The translations under genes were made by a program, and so were the position numbers. Positions 40,056-53,793 of a stretch of 64,000 nucleotides of DNA are shown here, piece after piece; the first letter of the stretch is position 1, and each line of letters opens with the position of its first letter. The notes beneath the pieces were generated by a model. The model was given only the letters and a program-made list of their open reading frames with translations, searched no databases and had not been told where the DNA came from. This DNA is from Eledone cirrhosa (Eukaryota). The stretch is taken from positions 21,080,001 to 21,144,000 of the forward strand of contig OZ024755.1 of assembly GCA_964016885.1 (NCBI GenBank). The letters run 5' to 3'.

Positions 40056-42235
40056 TCTCGATTCTATGAAGCAGAGTTTCCAAAAAATATATATATAGGG
40101 AATTCTTTCTGTTCTTTCCTTGCATTTATAATTTGATAAATAGCTCTGATTAAATGATTATTTTAGTTCTTCTGATTATTTTAACTTGTTTGGTCATTGA
40201 GGAAATCTGATCAAGGCAGGACATCACAATATATATATATATATTGAATGTTGGTATGTTTATCTATCTGTATATACAGTCCTCAAAACAGTTACAGTAT
40301 ATTACATTCTATACTACTATTCACTTTCAAACCATTTACAAAATTAAGAGCATATTTTTTCTGTATAATTAATAAAGCTGCCATAAGTTTTGATGACATG
40401 GGTACACTATTACTTTTTTATTAAAAAAAAAATATATATAATATATTTCTATAGTGTTATATTTTCATGTAATTGGTTTCATTTTTATATAACATGTATC
40501 TGACTGAGCATATATGTTGGATAGAGATTAATACTTGCTAGAAAAATATTTAAAAAAACAAATGAAGAATCAATTTATTTATTTTTTAAATGTTTAATAA
40601 TTCTGGATTAAAAAATATACATTCACATTTTTCAGTTTCAGTAGTTTCTGAGATTTCAGAAAAGATTTTTGAACAGACATTGAAGGAAACAAACTGGTTA
40701 AAAACAGAGGTTCCTTAGATTTTTGGTAGTCCAATAGAGAATGACTGTAGCTCTGGATGACTGTGGTCAAGTATACAACACATTCACTTCTTCCATTAAC
40801 AAACTGAATTTCATTTATGGTGTTGACATGTGGAATAGATTTATTTGAATATAAACAAATAATTTGACAGGTCAGACTTCTGTCTGCTACTGGTACCATG
40901 TGACCCAGTACAACCTGCTTCATGCTACAATTGGGCTATGTAACCCAGTACAACCTGTTTCATGGTCTAGTAGCTGGCAACTAAAACAGCTCTCCCACCT
41001 TGGCTTGGTTTGGTGGGAAGGGTATGTAGAATCCCAGCAGCACAAAAGAAAAAAACAAAACAAAAAAAATGAGCTGTTAAAAGGGTGGTTGAACACCTCA
41101 GAGCCAACAGACACCTCCTCCCCCAACTATGGGTTAAAAAGCCTCACCATCCGCATTTGTCCAAGCATGTGAGTATAGCTATACCCCTGAAGACATGACT
41201 ATTATCAAAAATGGTGGAGGTCAGCCAAAGAGGGGGTTCCTCCAACAAGAGTAAGTAGACCTTGTATTGAATTGGATTGGAAACTTATCATTATCTGGGC
41301 CTTTTCCAAAGTAATATGTTGAACAAAAGTTTGCCAAGTATTTATCTACTGCCATCCCCAAAACTTTGTGGTCTGTAGACAACCTAGCATTGCACCTATT
41401 TCTTTATTTTTGGTAGTTTAAGTGTTGCCCCGAAATTATAAACACTACCATCAATTACTAATAGAATAATTGTAGTTGAAATTACAACAATCTCACTACT
41501 TCCATTAACAAAAAACAAAAAAAATATTTTTTTTTTTAAACAGAACATCAGTTACTGTCAGCTAAAACTAAAGTTAAGATGCAAATTTATGAAAATTTAA
41601 TCACTAAATCCAGGTTAGTTTTGTTTGTCTTTTGAAGGTTAATGTTTTGCAATAAATATGTCTACCCTATCCACGACTTGCATTTTAAATTCTAGCCTTA
41701 TAGCTGATGATTATAATGTAATGTTGGCTGGTTGTTTTATGAAGAGGATTCATCAAATAAAACTGTATTAATGTTTTATTTGCTGCCTTCTCGGTCATTA
41801 CTGAACAGAATTCCATTACATGATAATGTTATATAGGAAGGCAGTAAATTTGCATGTCGTTTTGGGGTCCGATTAACATACATTTATACATTTACTCTCT
41901 CCTCAAAGTATTCATGTTATTTGCTCTTATTTCTTTATTTTATTTTACTATATCTCACTATAACATCTTTGTGGATGTTGAAATAGTTAATTTCCTTTTC
42001 TTTTTGCTGTATATTTTTTTTAGCATAATTTCATGAGAGACCCTTTTTGAAAGTCATGGTAATTATTTCCTTTTCAAACCCAACCATTCTCAAAACGAAA
42101 TTTGGCAGCAAGGGAGAAAGAGAAACAAATTCTCATGAATATATTAAAAGTACAAAAATCATTGATGCCATAAGTTAGGTTAAACTTGTATAGAAATCGG
42201 AAACAGTTCACATTTAGTAGCATTAATGATTGTCC

Positions 42236-42423
42236 GAGGGCGGTGGATTGGCAGTATCGGTAGAGGGTCGGACGCCATGCTTTGCAGCACAGTTACGTCC
42301 CTTTACAGACTGAGTTCAAATCCCGCCGAGGTTAGCTTTGCCTTTCATCCTTACGGGGTCGATAAAATAAATTACCAGTAATACACTGGGATAATTGCTG
42401 GCCTTGTGCCAAAAGCAGAAACA
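42236..42423 (+). mobile_element. SINE family A, full length, 14-bp TSD
   Basis: attaatgattgtcc / attaatgactgtcc flanks. Confidence 0.95.
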
Positions 42424-42569
42424 ATTAATGACTGTCCATATTTACAACTGTTGTTTGTGTAATGTAAATTTGAGAGAAAGGCAGAGCTTGGATGAGCTGA
42501 GGTAGAAACTGAGTTTAAGAGGAATGCGAGGTGGTGTGCAAGTGAGAAGATTGTGTTGATATAGACATG

Positions 42570-42985
42570 TGATGTGCATGGATGATGCTAGCATGGGTTT
42601 GACAGGTCACCACAGACCAAGTCCATACTTAATCAGAACTACTGGCATCTCAGATGGGCTAGGGCCTGCATCCCAGATACATTCCAGCACTTTACAGAGT
42701 CTATGGGTATATATTATTGTGGTATCCACACTAGCAAGGCTGCCATGCCCTTGACAAAACTACAAGTTCTCTTGACCCGTACGGCTGGATGTCCATCTTA
42801 ATGCCATCCACGTTAGGGAATGTACTGATTAAGTTTTATTGTGGCACCAGCATTAGGGAGGTTGTCATGCCATTGAAACAAGTGTCCTTCCAGCCTTTTG
42901 TTTGGCATGGTTTCTATAGCTGGAGAACTTTCTAGAACCAACCACTTTACAGAGTGTACTGGGTGCATTTTTCATAGCACTACTT
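42570..42985 (-). mobile_element. Decayed SINE B-like remnants
   Basis: gctagcatgggtttgac, ggctggatgtcc, accactttacagagtgtactgggtgc segments. Confidence 0.5.
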
Positions 42986-43669
42986 TGTTCTATTGAAAAA
43001 GAAAATGGAAGTTAAGTAGTTTGATTTAAACTAACAGAACTAACCGGAAAACTGATTAAGGGTTAGGTTAGCTGAAGAGTCAAGTTTCTGATGGTATCTG
43101 AAATCTATAAATGTGTAGGAAAAGTCATTAAAACTAATGGTGATGATTGTGAGAACAGTGATGATAGTGATAATAGTGGTGAAGGGGGTTGTATTACTAT
43201 CGGTGGTGATGGTTAAGGATACTGATAACAATAATGATAGTGATAATAGTGGTGATGATGATAACTGTGATGTTGGTGATGATGGTGATGGTGGTGATGC
43301 TGATTATGATGATAATAATGATGATGGTGATGGTGGTAGGTCTATTGGTGTTGATGATGATGGTGGGTGTATTGGTGTTGGGGGGAATGAATGTAGTAAT
43401 GTTAACAATAATGGATTCTGTGTAATATTTTATTTCTTTTCCTTATAATTTATTTGAAGGTTGGGTAGGGTGATGTGTACACACACACACATTCTTTATT
43501 AAGGCCAAGCTTCAATTATGTAACAAGACTCCAGCTTGGCCTTAATAAAGAATATATTAATCACCACAATGGTATTGAGTGTTCATTCTTGTGACCACAA
43601 AACAAAGACAAGATGGAGTAGAAATTTAAGACCAGAAGGAAGAGGGGGCACAAAACAGATAGTCATTGA

Positions 43670-43920
43670 AGCTGTTGGTTTATTGGTGAGGAAGTCTAAG
43701 GAAGGATAAGCTGTTGGGGAGGGGGTTGAAGTTATATAAACTGTTGGGGGAGGAGGTCTAAGGAAGCATAAGCTGTTGGTTTATTGGTGAAAAGGTCTAA
43801 GGAAGCATAAACTGTTGGTTTATTGGTGAAGAGCTCTAAGGAAGCATAAGCTGTTGGTTTATTGGGGAGGAGGTCTAAGTCAAGATAAACTGTTGGGGAG
43901 GAGGTCTAAGGAAGTATAAG
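43670..43920. repeat. Diverged ~30-40-bp minisatellite
   Basis: aagctgttggtttattggtgaggaagtctaaggaagcat, about 7 units. Confidence 0.85.
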
Positions 43921-44962
43921 GAAATTATTGTAACAACCACCAGATTTTATAATTGCTTGCTTGCAATAATGTTGTTGTTCAAATGTAAAGAATCCTTAGA
44001 AGTCATTCAAAGTTTCAATTTTGTGGTCTTCTTACTTTACGATTGTAGTATTTGAAGTGTCATGAATTATTAACTGTAGGCGTTGTAGGGTTAATAGGAT
44101 GGGAATTTGTATTGTCTGTAGGCCTTTTATCATGTCTCTAGGCATGGTTGATCGGTTGATTGGGTGATCAATGATCATCACTTAGCTTTTTAAGGAGGAA
44201 TGGCACCTGAGATAAAATGGTGGTTCTAGGTGATGGGGATGGTGGTGGTGGTTTTGGTGGTAGTAGTTTTGGTGGTGGTAGTGATGAAAGATGTGGTGAT
44301 GGTGATGGTAGTGGAGTGTGAGGTGATGGTGGAGGTAGTGATGGTAGTAATGGTGACCGTGTTGATGGTGGTGAAAGATGATTGATTCCTCAGTCATCTA
44401 TTATTTGAAGCCTAAGAACTGTTTTTTTTTTTTGTTTTTTTTTTCTTCTTTTTTTTTACTAGGCTTCTGTTGCTCATGGAAACTGATATGATTTTACATT
44501 ACATTAATGTTTACATACTAAGATGGCTAACATGTTTCTATTTAATTAAATATTTCAAAGTTCCATGGAATTCCTAAAGCCTTCTTTCCACATAGTAGGA
44601 TCATGTTAGCAGTTCTTCTGCTAGCTATAAGATAAATGCAATAACAAGCTTCCCCTAGGTTCATAATACCTTGGATTTATATACAGCAATTACTTTAATG
44701 TAACGGTGCACAGCTTTTGCTATAACTGTTCTGATAGTGGAAAATTTACAATTATCATGGTATCGCCTTTTATCTCTGTTATATAACGCTGTAATCCAGA
44801 AAAGTACCATACAGATTATGAGTACATAACTCACTACAAATGTATGATACATCATAATCTATCTTGCCTGCAAGTAAGGTTGGCTTGTAATAGATGTAAC
44901 TATATATCATCCTTAGGAGTAGATTATATAACACACTACTTCAATTGTTGGATATCTCATAA

Positions 44963-45300
44963 CTTATTTTATACAATTCATTGTATTTTAAAGCAAAGCT
45001 CTTTTATTTCCACTCTTTGGTAATGCTTTTATTTTTTTCTTTGATACTTTTACTGGTTTCAGTTGTTAGACTACGGCTATGCTGGAGCACAGCTTTGAAA
45101 TGTTTAATAAAACACCTTTATAGTTCCATCAAGTCATCTTATTTTGTACAATTCATTGTATTTTTACAGCAAAACTCTTTTATTTCCACTCTTTGGTAAT
45201 GCTTTTATTCTTTCTTTGATACTTTTACTGGTTTCAGTCATTAGACTGTGGCCATGCTGGAACACAGCTTTGAAATGTTTAATAAAACACCTTTATAATT
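44963..45300. repeat. ~175-bp tandem duplication
   Basis: cttattttatacaattcattgtatttt...aataaaacacctttata occurs twice. Confidence 0.9.
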
Positions 45301-45955
45301 CCTGGTGGAAATTGAAACCAGCATCTCTATATAGTCTCATTGCTTCAAACACCATACTCATTAGGCCACCGAGGCAAGATTATTGGAAATATTTTTCTCA
45401 CGTAATTTCTCTGAAATGGTGGATTGGTTATCTCAGAGTCGAACAGACCATAAATTCTATGATTCTGTAACAAAGTATTCAAGATGGAACATTGGAGAGC
45501 TGCAGATAATTGCAAACTTTCTACATTGAACAACATTAAAGTTACATGCAATTCAAAGATATATTTCGTCATATGTGTGTGTATGCCTGTGTTTGTATGT
45601 GTATATATATATATATTTATATATATATATATTTATATATATATATATGTGTGTGCGTGTCTGTAATATATATATAACATGTATCTTTCTCTCTCTCTAC
45701 ACACACACATATATATATACACATATATATGGGTATGTGTGTGTATGTATGTGTGTGTATATATGTATATGTGCATGCATGTTTGTGTATATATATATAG
45801 GTATGTGTATATATATATAGGTGTGTGTGTGTGTATATAATATGTAGCTCTGTGTCTGTCTCTCTGTTTCTCTCTAACCCATGCAAGCATGGAAAAATTG
45901 GATATAAAAATGCTGATGATATATATAATTAGTTTGTGTGTGTGTGTGAGTAGCA

Positions 45956-46327
45956 TGGCAGTATCGGAAGAGGGTCGGACACCATGCTTTCCAGCATAGT
46001 TACGTCCCTTTAGGATCTGAGTTCAAATCCCGCCGAGGTTGACTTTGCCTTTCATCCTTACGGGGTCGATAAAATAAAGTACCAGTAATGCACTGGGTAA
46101 TTGCTGGCCTTGTGCCTAAAGTAGAAACAATTATATTTTCGGTGGATTGGCAGTATCAGTGGAGGGTCTGACGCCATGTTTTGCAGCAAAGAGTTACGGC
46201 CCTTTATGGTCCGAGTTCAAATCCCACCGAGGTTAACTTTGCCTTTCATCCTTACGGGGTCAATAAAATAAAGTACCAGTGGGATAATTTCTGGCCTTGT
46301 ACCAAAAGTAGAAACAATTATATTTTC
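45956..46327 (+). mobile_element. Head-to-tail dimer of SINE family A
   Basis: Two copies, both ending gaaacaattatattttc. Confidence 0.92.
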
Positions 46328-47487
46328 ATCTTGTAGAATATATCTAAATACATGACACTGTGTCTGTACTGTACTGTACCGAACTGAACTGAATGGTTGA
46401 GTAGCTGGATGTTTTTATATCATGGCAGTAAATTTCAAGGTAGCATAATATATATAGTATATATATTATGTTAACTTGAAATTTACTGCCATGTTAAGTA
46501 TATATTATATACCACAAAATAACATGGCTATAGGTTTCTCTATTCTATAAATCTGATTCACTTTTACAATAAATATTAATTACAGTGAATAATAATTTAG
46601 TGAGAATTTATTCTGTCATTGATATAAATACTTTTATTTGTTTCATCTTGGTTTCTAGTTGAAAGATAAAAAGATTCCATTAGCTTGTTTGCTGTTAGGA
46701 TGTTGTCTGAGTAGGACATATAATGAATTTAACATCCATATTTTTGGTTGGCATACATAAAATAACTTTATTTATTCAGTCTAATGTAATGTTGGTGACG
46801 CTTTCAAAATTCCCTGAAGTCAAATATAGAATTGAGAATATCATTATTTTTCAAAACAATTGATGAAATTATAATAAATTTTCTGTGTATACATGTATGT
46901 GTGTGTGTGTGTGTGCACTACCTGTGGGTGTGAGTAGGCATGTACCTGTATGGATATGTTTGTGTATGTATTTGCATATATGTGTGGGTGTGTGTGTGTG
47001 TGTGTGTGTGTGTGTATTTGCATGTATGTATGCACATGTGTTTGTGTCTGTATTTGCATGTATATATATATATATATGTGTATGTATATGTGTGTATTTA
47101 CATGTGTATTTACACGTTTGGCTGTGTATGTGTGTACTGCATTTGTGTTATGAATTCTTTCAAGTATTGCGGCAAGCAATTTATAGAAAAGATAATCCCC
47201 ACCCAACCCTCACACATGCAAAACAAGCTTATATGTGTATCTAGGTTCTGATGTTTGACTGGACTATTGTCACTAATTCTTTTAAGAAAGGCATGGATAC
47301 CACATAATCTAATTTCCCCTTATATTAGACCTGAAGCATTGTGCTTATAATTTTTTTTTTAAATCAATATTTAAACAATACATTGATAAGGTATTGATGG
47401 AGGAAGAATAAAAATAGAAACTCAAGTCTGATTTATAATTTATTTTTGTTTTGAGAAATTAAAATTTATTAAAATCATTTTTAAAAA

Positions 47488-48071
47488 TTACTTTTCATTT
47501 ATCATATTTCTGATCAAACATGTTGCCTATGTATTTCAATTAATTTTGAAAATAATTAAGTATTGGTAAGGATTTAAATATCTAATTTTTTCATAATTAA
47601 ATTGGTGTTAGAAATGTAACTTAATAAAGGTACTTACATAAAATTATGATGGAAATTGGTTTTAGATAAATATAAACACTTTAAAATAAAGTTTTGTATA
47701 ATAGAATCAGTTGTGTTTGGAACATAACTTAACATAAATTATGTTAGATTTTTTTTAGATTAATATAAACACTTTAAAACAAACAGCTTTGTGTTACAGA
47801 ACCAGGGGAATTTGGAAAATAACTTAACAAAAATTGTGATGGAAGATTTGTTTTTTTGTTTGTTTTTTTTTTTTAGATAAATATAAATACTTTAAAACAA
47901 ACAGTTTTGTATCATAGAACCAGAAGTATTTGACACATAACTTAACAAAGGTTCTTATATAAAGTTATGATGGAAGATTTTTTTTTAAGATAAATATAAA
48001 TACTTTAAAACAAACAGCTTTGTATCATAGAACCAGGAATGGTTTCAGGCAGATTGGTGTCAAAGGGGTGA
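47488..48071 (+). mobile_element. TTAA (piggyBac-like) MITE with ~4 internal tandem copies of a ~110-bp segment
   Basis: 5' end similar to 8902. Repeated tagataaatataaacactttaaaacaaacag. Ends caaaggggtgaa. Confidence 0.6.
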
Positions 48072-48149
48072 AATAAAAATCTTGGTAAGAATTTAACAGT
48101 ATTTTGTTGGTAATCTCTAGATAAACATCTACTATAAATGTCTAAAATC

Positions 48150-48546
48150 TGTCTTGAGTCTAGAGACTCATCAGGCCAGTGTTTATCCCAGTTTCTATAT
48201 GGCATGAAGCAACTGAGAGTACAAGATTCCTCCCTGGAGAGGACATCAATCCATCACAGGGTTAAAGTATGTCTCAAACTCGGAGGCTCATCAGGCTGGT
48301 GCTTATCCTGGTTTCCATGGTGTGAAGCAACTGAGAGTACAAGACTACCTACCCACTGGACAAGGCACCAGTCCATCACAGGGTTAAATCCCCAGTTATT
48401 GCGGGTATTCATTTCAGCTGAGTATACTGGAACAACATGAAATGAAATGTTTTGTTCAAGAACACAACACACAACCCAGTCTAGGAATCGAACCTACAAC
48501 ATTATGATCGTAAGTCCAACACTCTTACCACTAGGTCATACACACC
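48150..48546 (-). mobile_element. SINE family C with duplicated 3' tail
   Basis: B box ggttcgattcc on minus strand. Tail segment ctcatcagg..gtttc..gaagcaactgagagtacaaga occurs twice. Confidence 0.8.
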
Positions 48547-49353
48547 ACCACTATTATAAATATAGGATTTCCAAAATGTCATAGGTATCTTTGGCAGCTC
48601 ACTTACATTTTTCAAATTACTTCTCCAGCAATTTTCAATTAATATGATTTCATAGATTTTTTTTAAAAGACTTTTAGAAATGGCTTCCTGATTCTGGGAA
48701 TAATAATTTCATGTTACTGTAAAGAAACACTATAAAGAAATAAAAAGACATGAATAAACTGCTTCTGGCAGAATTTATAATAAATGAAAATAATTCATTT
48801 TTAAATCTCATTCTTTCCATATTTCTATTTTGTAGTTAGAATATATTCTTCATATTTTAGGGATGTGGGAGAGATAATGAGGTTTAAAATAATAAAATCA
48901 TGAAAAATCAAGAAAATAATTTAAAATTATAAAAATCACTTGATCTCAAAATATGTTTTACTTCATATTACAATCAATAAAGTATTCTTTTAAAATGGCT
49001 ACTATACATAGGTTGTAAGCAGAACCTTAAATACTAATCTAATTTGTGTGTGTTACTTTCAGTCAGTCATCATTCTGAAATAAGACAACAACAATAACAA
49101 CAGCTATTACAACATCAACTACTACAATTAACAACTAAACAACTGCAACAACAGCAATGACAACTACGACTACAACAACTAAAAATGTAAAAATGGTTTC
49201 CGTCAATATTCAAAGCTTGCATTCTATTTCAATGGTTGTCAATTATAATTAAACAATGCAATCTTTGTTCTTGATTTGTTAATTTAATTTAAAACTACGG
49301 ACAACTTCTCACTTATTAAATCAGATCTTTCAATGATACTATAAAGCTTTGAC

Positions 49354-51140
49354 ATAAGTTTATTCACAATCTCTATGACTGTAGGTATGGCTATGTGGTT
49401 AAGACATTGGCTTTGCAACCATGTAGTTCTGTGATAAGTTCATTCACAATCTCTATGACTAGGTATGGCTATGTGGTTAAGACATTGGCTTTGCAACCAT
49501 GTAGTTCTGTGATAAATTTATTCACAATCTCTATGACTGTAGGTATAGCTATGTGGTTAAGATATTGGCTTTGCAACCATGTAGTTCTGTGATAAATTTA
49601 TTCACAATCTCTATGACTGTAGGTATGGCTATGTGGTTAAGATATTGGCTTTGCAACCATGTAGTTCTGTGATAAATTTATTCACAATCTCTATGACTGT
49701 AGGTATGGCTATGTGGTTAAGACATTGGCTTTGCAACCATGTAGTTCTGTGATAAATTTATTCACAATCTCTATGACTGTAGGTATAGCTATGTGGTTAA
49801 GACATTGGCTTTGCAACCATGTAGTTCTGTGATAAATTTATTCACAATCTCTATGACTGTAGGTATGGCTATGTGGTTAAGACATTGGCTTTGCAACCAT
49901 GTAGTTATGTGATAAATTCATTCACAATCTCTATGACTGTAGGTATGGCTATGTGGTTAAGACATTGGCTTTGCAACCATGTAGTTCTGTGATAAATTTA
50001 TTCACAATCTCTATGACTGTAGGTATGGCTATGTGGTTAAGACATTGGCTTTGCAACCATGTAGTTATGTGATAAATTTATTCACAATCTCTATGACTGT
50101 AGGTATGGCTATGTGGTTAAGATATTGGCTTTGCAACCATGTAGTTCTGTGATAAATTTATTCACAATCTCTATGACTGTAGGTATGGCTATGTGGTTAA
50201 GACATTGGCTTTGCAACCATGTAGTTCTGTGATAAATTTATTCACAATCTCTATGACTGTAGGTATAGCTATGTGGTTAAGACATTGGCTTTGCAACCAT
50301 GTAGTTCTGTGATAAATTTATTCACAATCTCTATGACTGTAGGTATGGCTATGTGGTTAAGATATTGGCTTTGCAACCATGTAGTTCTGTGATAAATTTA
50401 TTCACAATCTCTATGACTGTAGGTATGGCTATGTGGTTAAGACATTGGCTTTGCAACCATGTAGTTCTGTGATAAATTTATTCACAATCTCTATGACTGT
50501 AGGTATGGCTATGTGGTTAAGACATTGGCTTTGCAACCATGTAGTTATGTGATAAATTCATTCACAATCTCTATGACTGTAGGTATGGCTATGTGGTTAA
50601 GACATTGGCTTTGCAACCATGTAGTTCTGTGATAAATTTATTCACAATCTCTATGACTGTAGGTATGGCTATGTGGTTAAGACATTGGCTTTGCAACCAT
50701 GTAGTTATGTGATAAATTTATTCACAATCTCTATGACTGTAGGTATGGCTATGTGGTTAAGATATTGGCTTTGCAACCATGTAGTTCTGTGATAAATTTA
50801 TTCACAATCTCTATGACTGTAGGTATGGCTATGTGGTTAAGACATTGGCTTTGCAACCATGTAGTTCTGTGATAAATTTATTCACAATCTCTATGACTGT
50901 AGGTATGGCTATGTGGTTAAGACATTGGCTTTGCAACCATGTAGTTATGTGATAAATTCATTCACAATCTCTATGACTGTAGGTATGGCTATGTGGTTAA
51001 GACATTGGCTTTGCAACCATGTAGTTCTGTGATAAATTTATTCACAATCTCTATGACTGTAGGTATGGCTATGTGGCTAAGACATTGGCTTTGCAACCAT
51101 GTAGTTATGTGATAAATTCATTCACAATCTCTATGACTAT
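49354..51140. repeat. 80-bp minisatellite, ~22 near-identical units
   Basis: Unit ttcacaatctctatgactgtaggtatggctatgtggttaagacattggctttgcaaccatgtagttctgtgataaattta. Confidence 0.97.
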
Positions 51141-51524
51141 GTGGTTAAGAAGTTTGCTTTACAACTGTGTGGCTGTGTATGTATATAAATATATATTGTC
51201 TCTTTATGATTAAGGTTGTCATAATCCCATCATAAAGTGTTATTGTTATTATTGTTTAACCCCAAGTCAGCCCTGATTGACTCATTGTCATTGGGTGGAG
51301 GGGGTGGGTCAGCCCTTTCTTTTTTTTCTGACACTGTATCTGTGCATCATTCCTTGTACTTGTATTAATGACAGCAATGTATGATTTAAGGGAGACTTAG
51401 CTGCTATTGTTATCAGGTCAAATGATATGGCTAATTTGGAGAATGTTTTCAAAGTTGTTGTTCATGGATCACAAAGAGAATTCTAGGCTGCACATTGGTA
51501 TGTCATCCATGTATGGTACATTGA

Positions 51525-53090
51525 GAAGTGGTATTACTTGTGTGTGATAGAAATGCTATCATGTGTGTCTGTATGATAGAACTGGTATCACTTGTGTGTG
51601 TGTGGTAGAAGTGGTTTCACTTGTGTGTGTGTATGTGATAGAACTGGTATCACTTGTGTGTGTGTGGTAGAAGTGGTTTCACTTGTGTGTGTGTATGTGA
51701 TAGAACTGGTATCACTTGTGTGTGTGTGGTAGAAGTGGTTTCACTTGTGTGTGTGTATGTGATAGAACTGGTATCACTTGTGTGTGTGTGGTAGAAGTGG
51801 TTTCACTTGTGTGTGTGTATGTGATAGAACTGGTATCACTTGTATGTGTGTGGTAGAAGTGGTTTCACTTGTGTGTGTGTATGTGATAGAACTGGTATCA
51901 CTTGTGTGTGTGTGGTAGAAGTGGTTTCACTTGTGTGTGTGTATGTGATAGAACTGGTATCACTTGTGTGTGTGTGGTAGAAGTGGTTTCACTTGTGTGT
52001 GTGTATGTGATAGAACTGGTATCACTTGTATGTGTGTGGTAGAAGTGGTTTCACTTGTGTGTGTATGTGATAGAACTGGTATCACTTGTGTGTGTGTGGT
52101 AGAAGTGGTTTCACTTGTGTGTGTATGTGATAGAACTGGTATCACTTGTATGTGTGTGGTAGAAGTGGTTTCACTTGTGTGTGTATGTGATAGAACTGGT
52201 ATCACTTGTGTGTGTGTGGTAGAAGTGGTTTCACTTGTGTGTGTGTATGTGATAGAACTGGTATCACTTGTGTGTGTGTGGTAGAAGTGGTTTCACTTGT
52301 GTGTGTGTATGTGATAGAACTGGTATCACTTGTGTGTGTGTGTGGTAGAAGTGGTTTCACTTGTGTGTGTGTGTGTATTTGATAGAACTGGTATCACTTG
52401 TGTGTGTGTGGTAGAAGTGGTTTCACTTGTGTGTGTGTATGTGATAGAACTGGTATCACTTGTGTGTGTGTGGTAGAAGTGGTTTCACTTGTGTGTGTGT
52501 ATGTGATAGAACTGGTATCACTTGTGTGTGTGTGGTAGAAGTGGTTTCACTTGTGTGTGTGTATGTGATAGAACTGGTATCACTTGTATGTGTGTGGTAG
52601 AAGTGGTTTCACTTGTGTGTGTATGTGATAGAACTGGTATCACTTGTATGTGTGTGGTAGAAGTGGTTTCACTTGTGTGTGTATGTGATAGAACTGGTAT
52701 CACTTGTGTGTGTGTGGTAGAAGTGGTTTCACTTGTGTGTGTGTATGTGATAGAACTGGTATCACTTGTATGTGTGTGGTAGAAGTGGTTTCACTTGTGT
52801 GTGTGTATGTGATAGAACTGGTATCACTTGTGTGTGTGTGGTAGAAGTGGTTTCACTTGTGTGTGTATGTGATAGAACTGGTATCACTTGTGTGTGTGTG
52901 GTAGAAGTGGTTTCACTTGTGTGTGTGTATGTGATAGAACTGGTATCACTTGTGTGTGTGTGGTAGAAGTGGTTTCACTTGTGTGTGTGTGTGTATTTGA
53001 TAGAACTGGTATCACTTGTGTGTGTGTATGTGTATGATAAAAGTGGTATCACTTATGTGTGTGTGTGATAGAAGTGGTATCACATGTGTG
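51525..53090. repeat. ~62-bp minisatellite made of two related ~30-bp subunits with (TG)n spacers
   Basis: gatagaactggtatcact(tg)n alternates with ggtagaagtggtttcact(tg)n. Confidence 0.97.
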
Positions 53091-53459
53091 TAAGTGAGTG
53101 TGTGTGTGTTTGTAATTAGAATTAACAACTAGCATATCATTAATGAATATAATTTTAATTATGAAAATTCAAAACTGCTGAATGTGCCTCATTTGTAGGA
53201 GTCAAATAAAATATTTGTTTTAAATGTATAAATTATGTAGAAGGATTATATTAATATACAAATTAATACGAAAGTTATATTATGTTGTGTCAGAAGTATT
53301 GTGAAAGACAGGTGAAACTGTCTAAATTAATACCTTATTTATAGTTAATTATTTGTTCACGTTTTATACTTTTAAGATTTTTGTGATGTCTTTTTTCTTA
53401 TTCAGGTACATATACCACTAAATTATATATCATTTGGTCTCATGTATTTATTGGAAAAT

Positions 53460-53793
53460 ATGGCTTAGTGGTTAGAGCATTGGCCTTGCAATCGAAAGGT
53501 TGTGAGTTCAATTCTCAGACCAGGTGATGTGTTGTTTCCTTGAGCAAGACACTTTATTTCACATTGCTCCAGTTTACTCAGCTGTACAAATGAGATGATA
53601 GGGACTGGCATCCCTCTCATTCCACTGTAAAGTGGTCATGGAGGTGCCACGGCAAAAAAAGCACCCAGCACTCACTGTAAATGAGGTTGGTGTTAGGAAG
53701 GGCATCCAGCTGTAGAAATCAAGCCAGAATCAGTTCCCGTCCCACCCTTGCAAGCAGGGAAAAGCGGACGTAAAATGATGATGATGATGATGA
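53460..53793 (+). mobile_element. SINE family B, full length
   Basis: A box tggcttagtgg, B box gagttcaattc, CORE-like centre, (ATG)n tail. Confidence 0.92.

Noticed and set aside
44661-44855. 64-aa minus-strand ORF with hydrophobic N-terminus and a donor-like AAG|GTATTA
   Set aside because: No recognisable homology; an ORF of this size is expected by chance.
53460-53525. tRNA gene calls for SINE heads
   Set aside because: Heads run into SINE bodies and lack a complete acceptor stem and T-run terminator.
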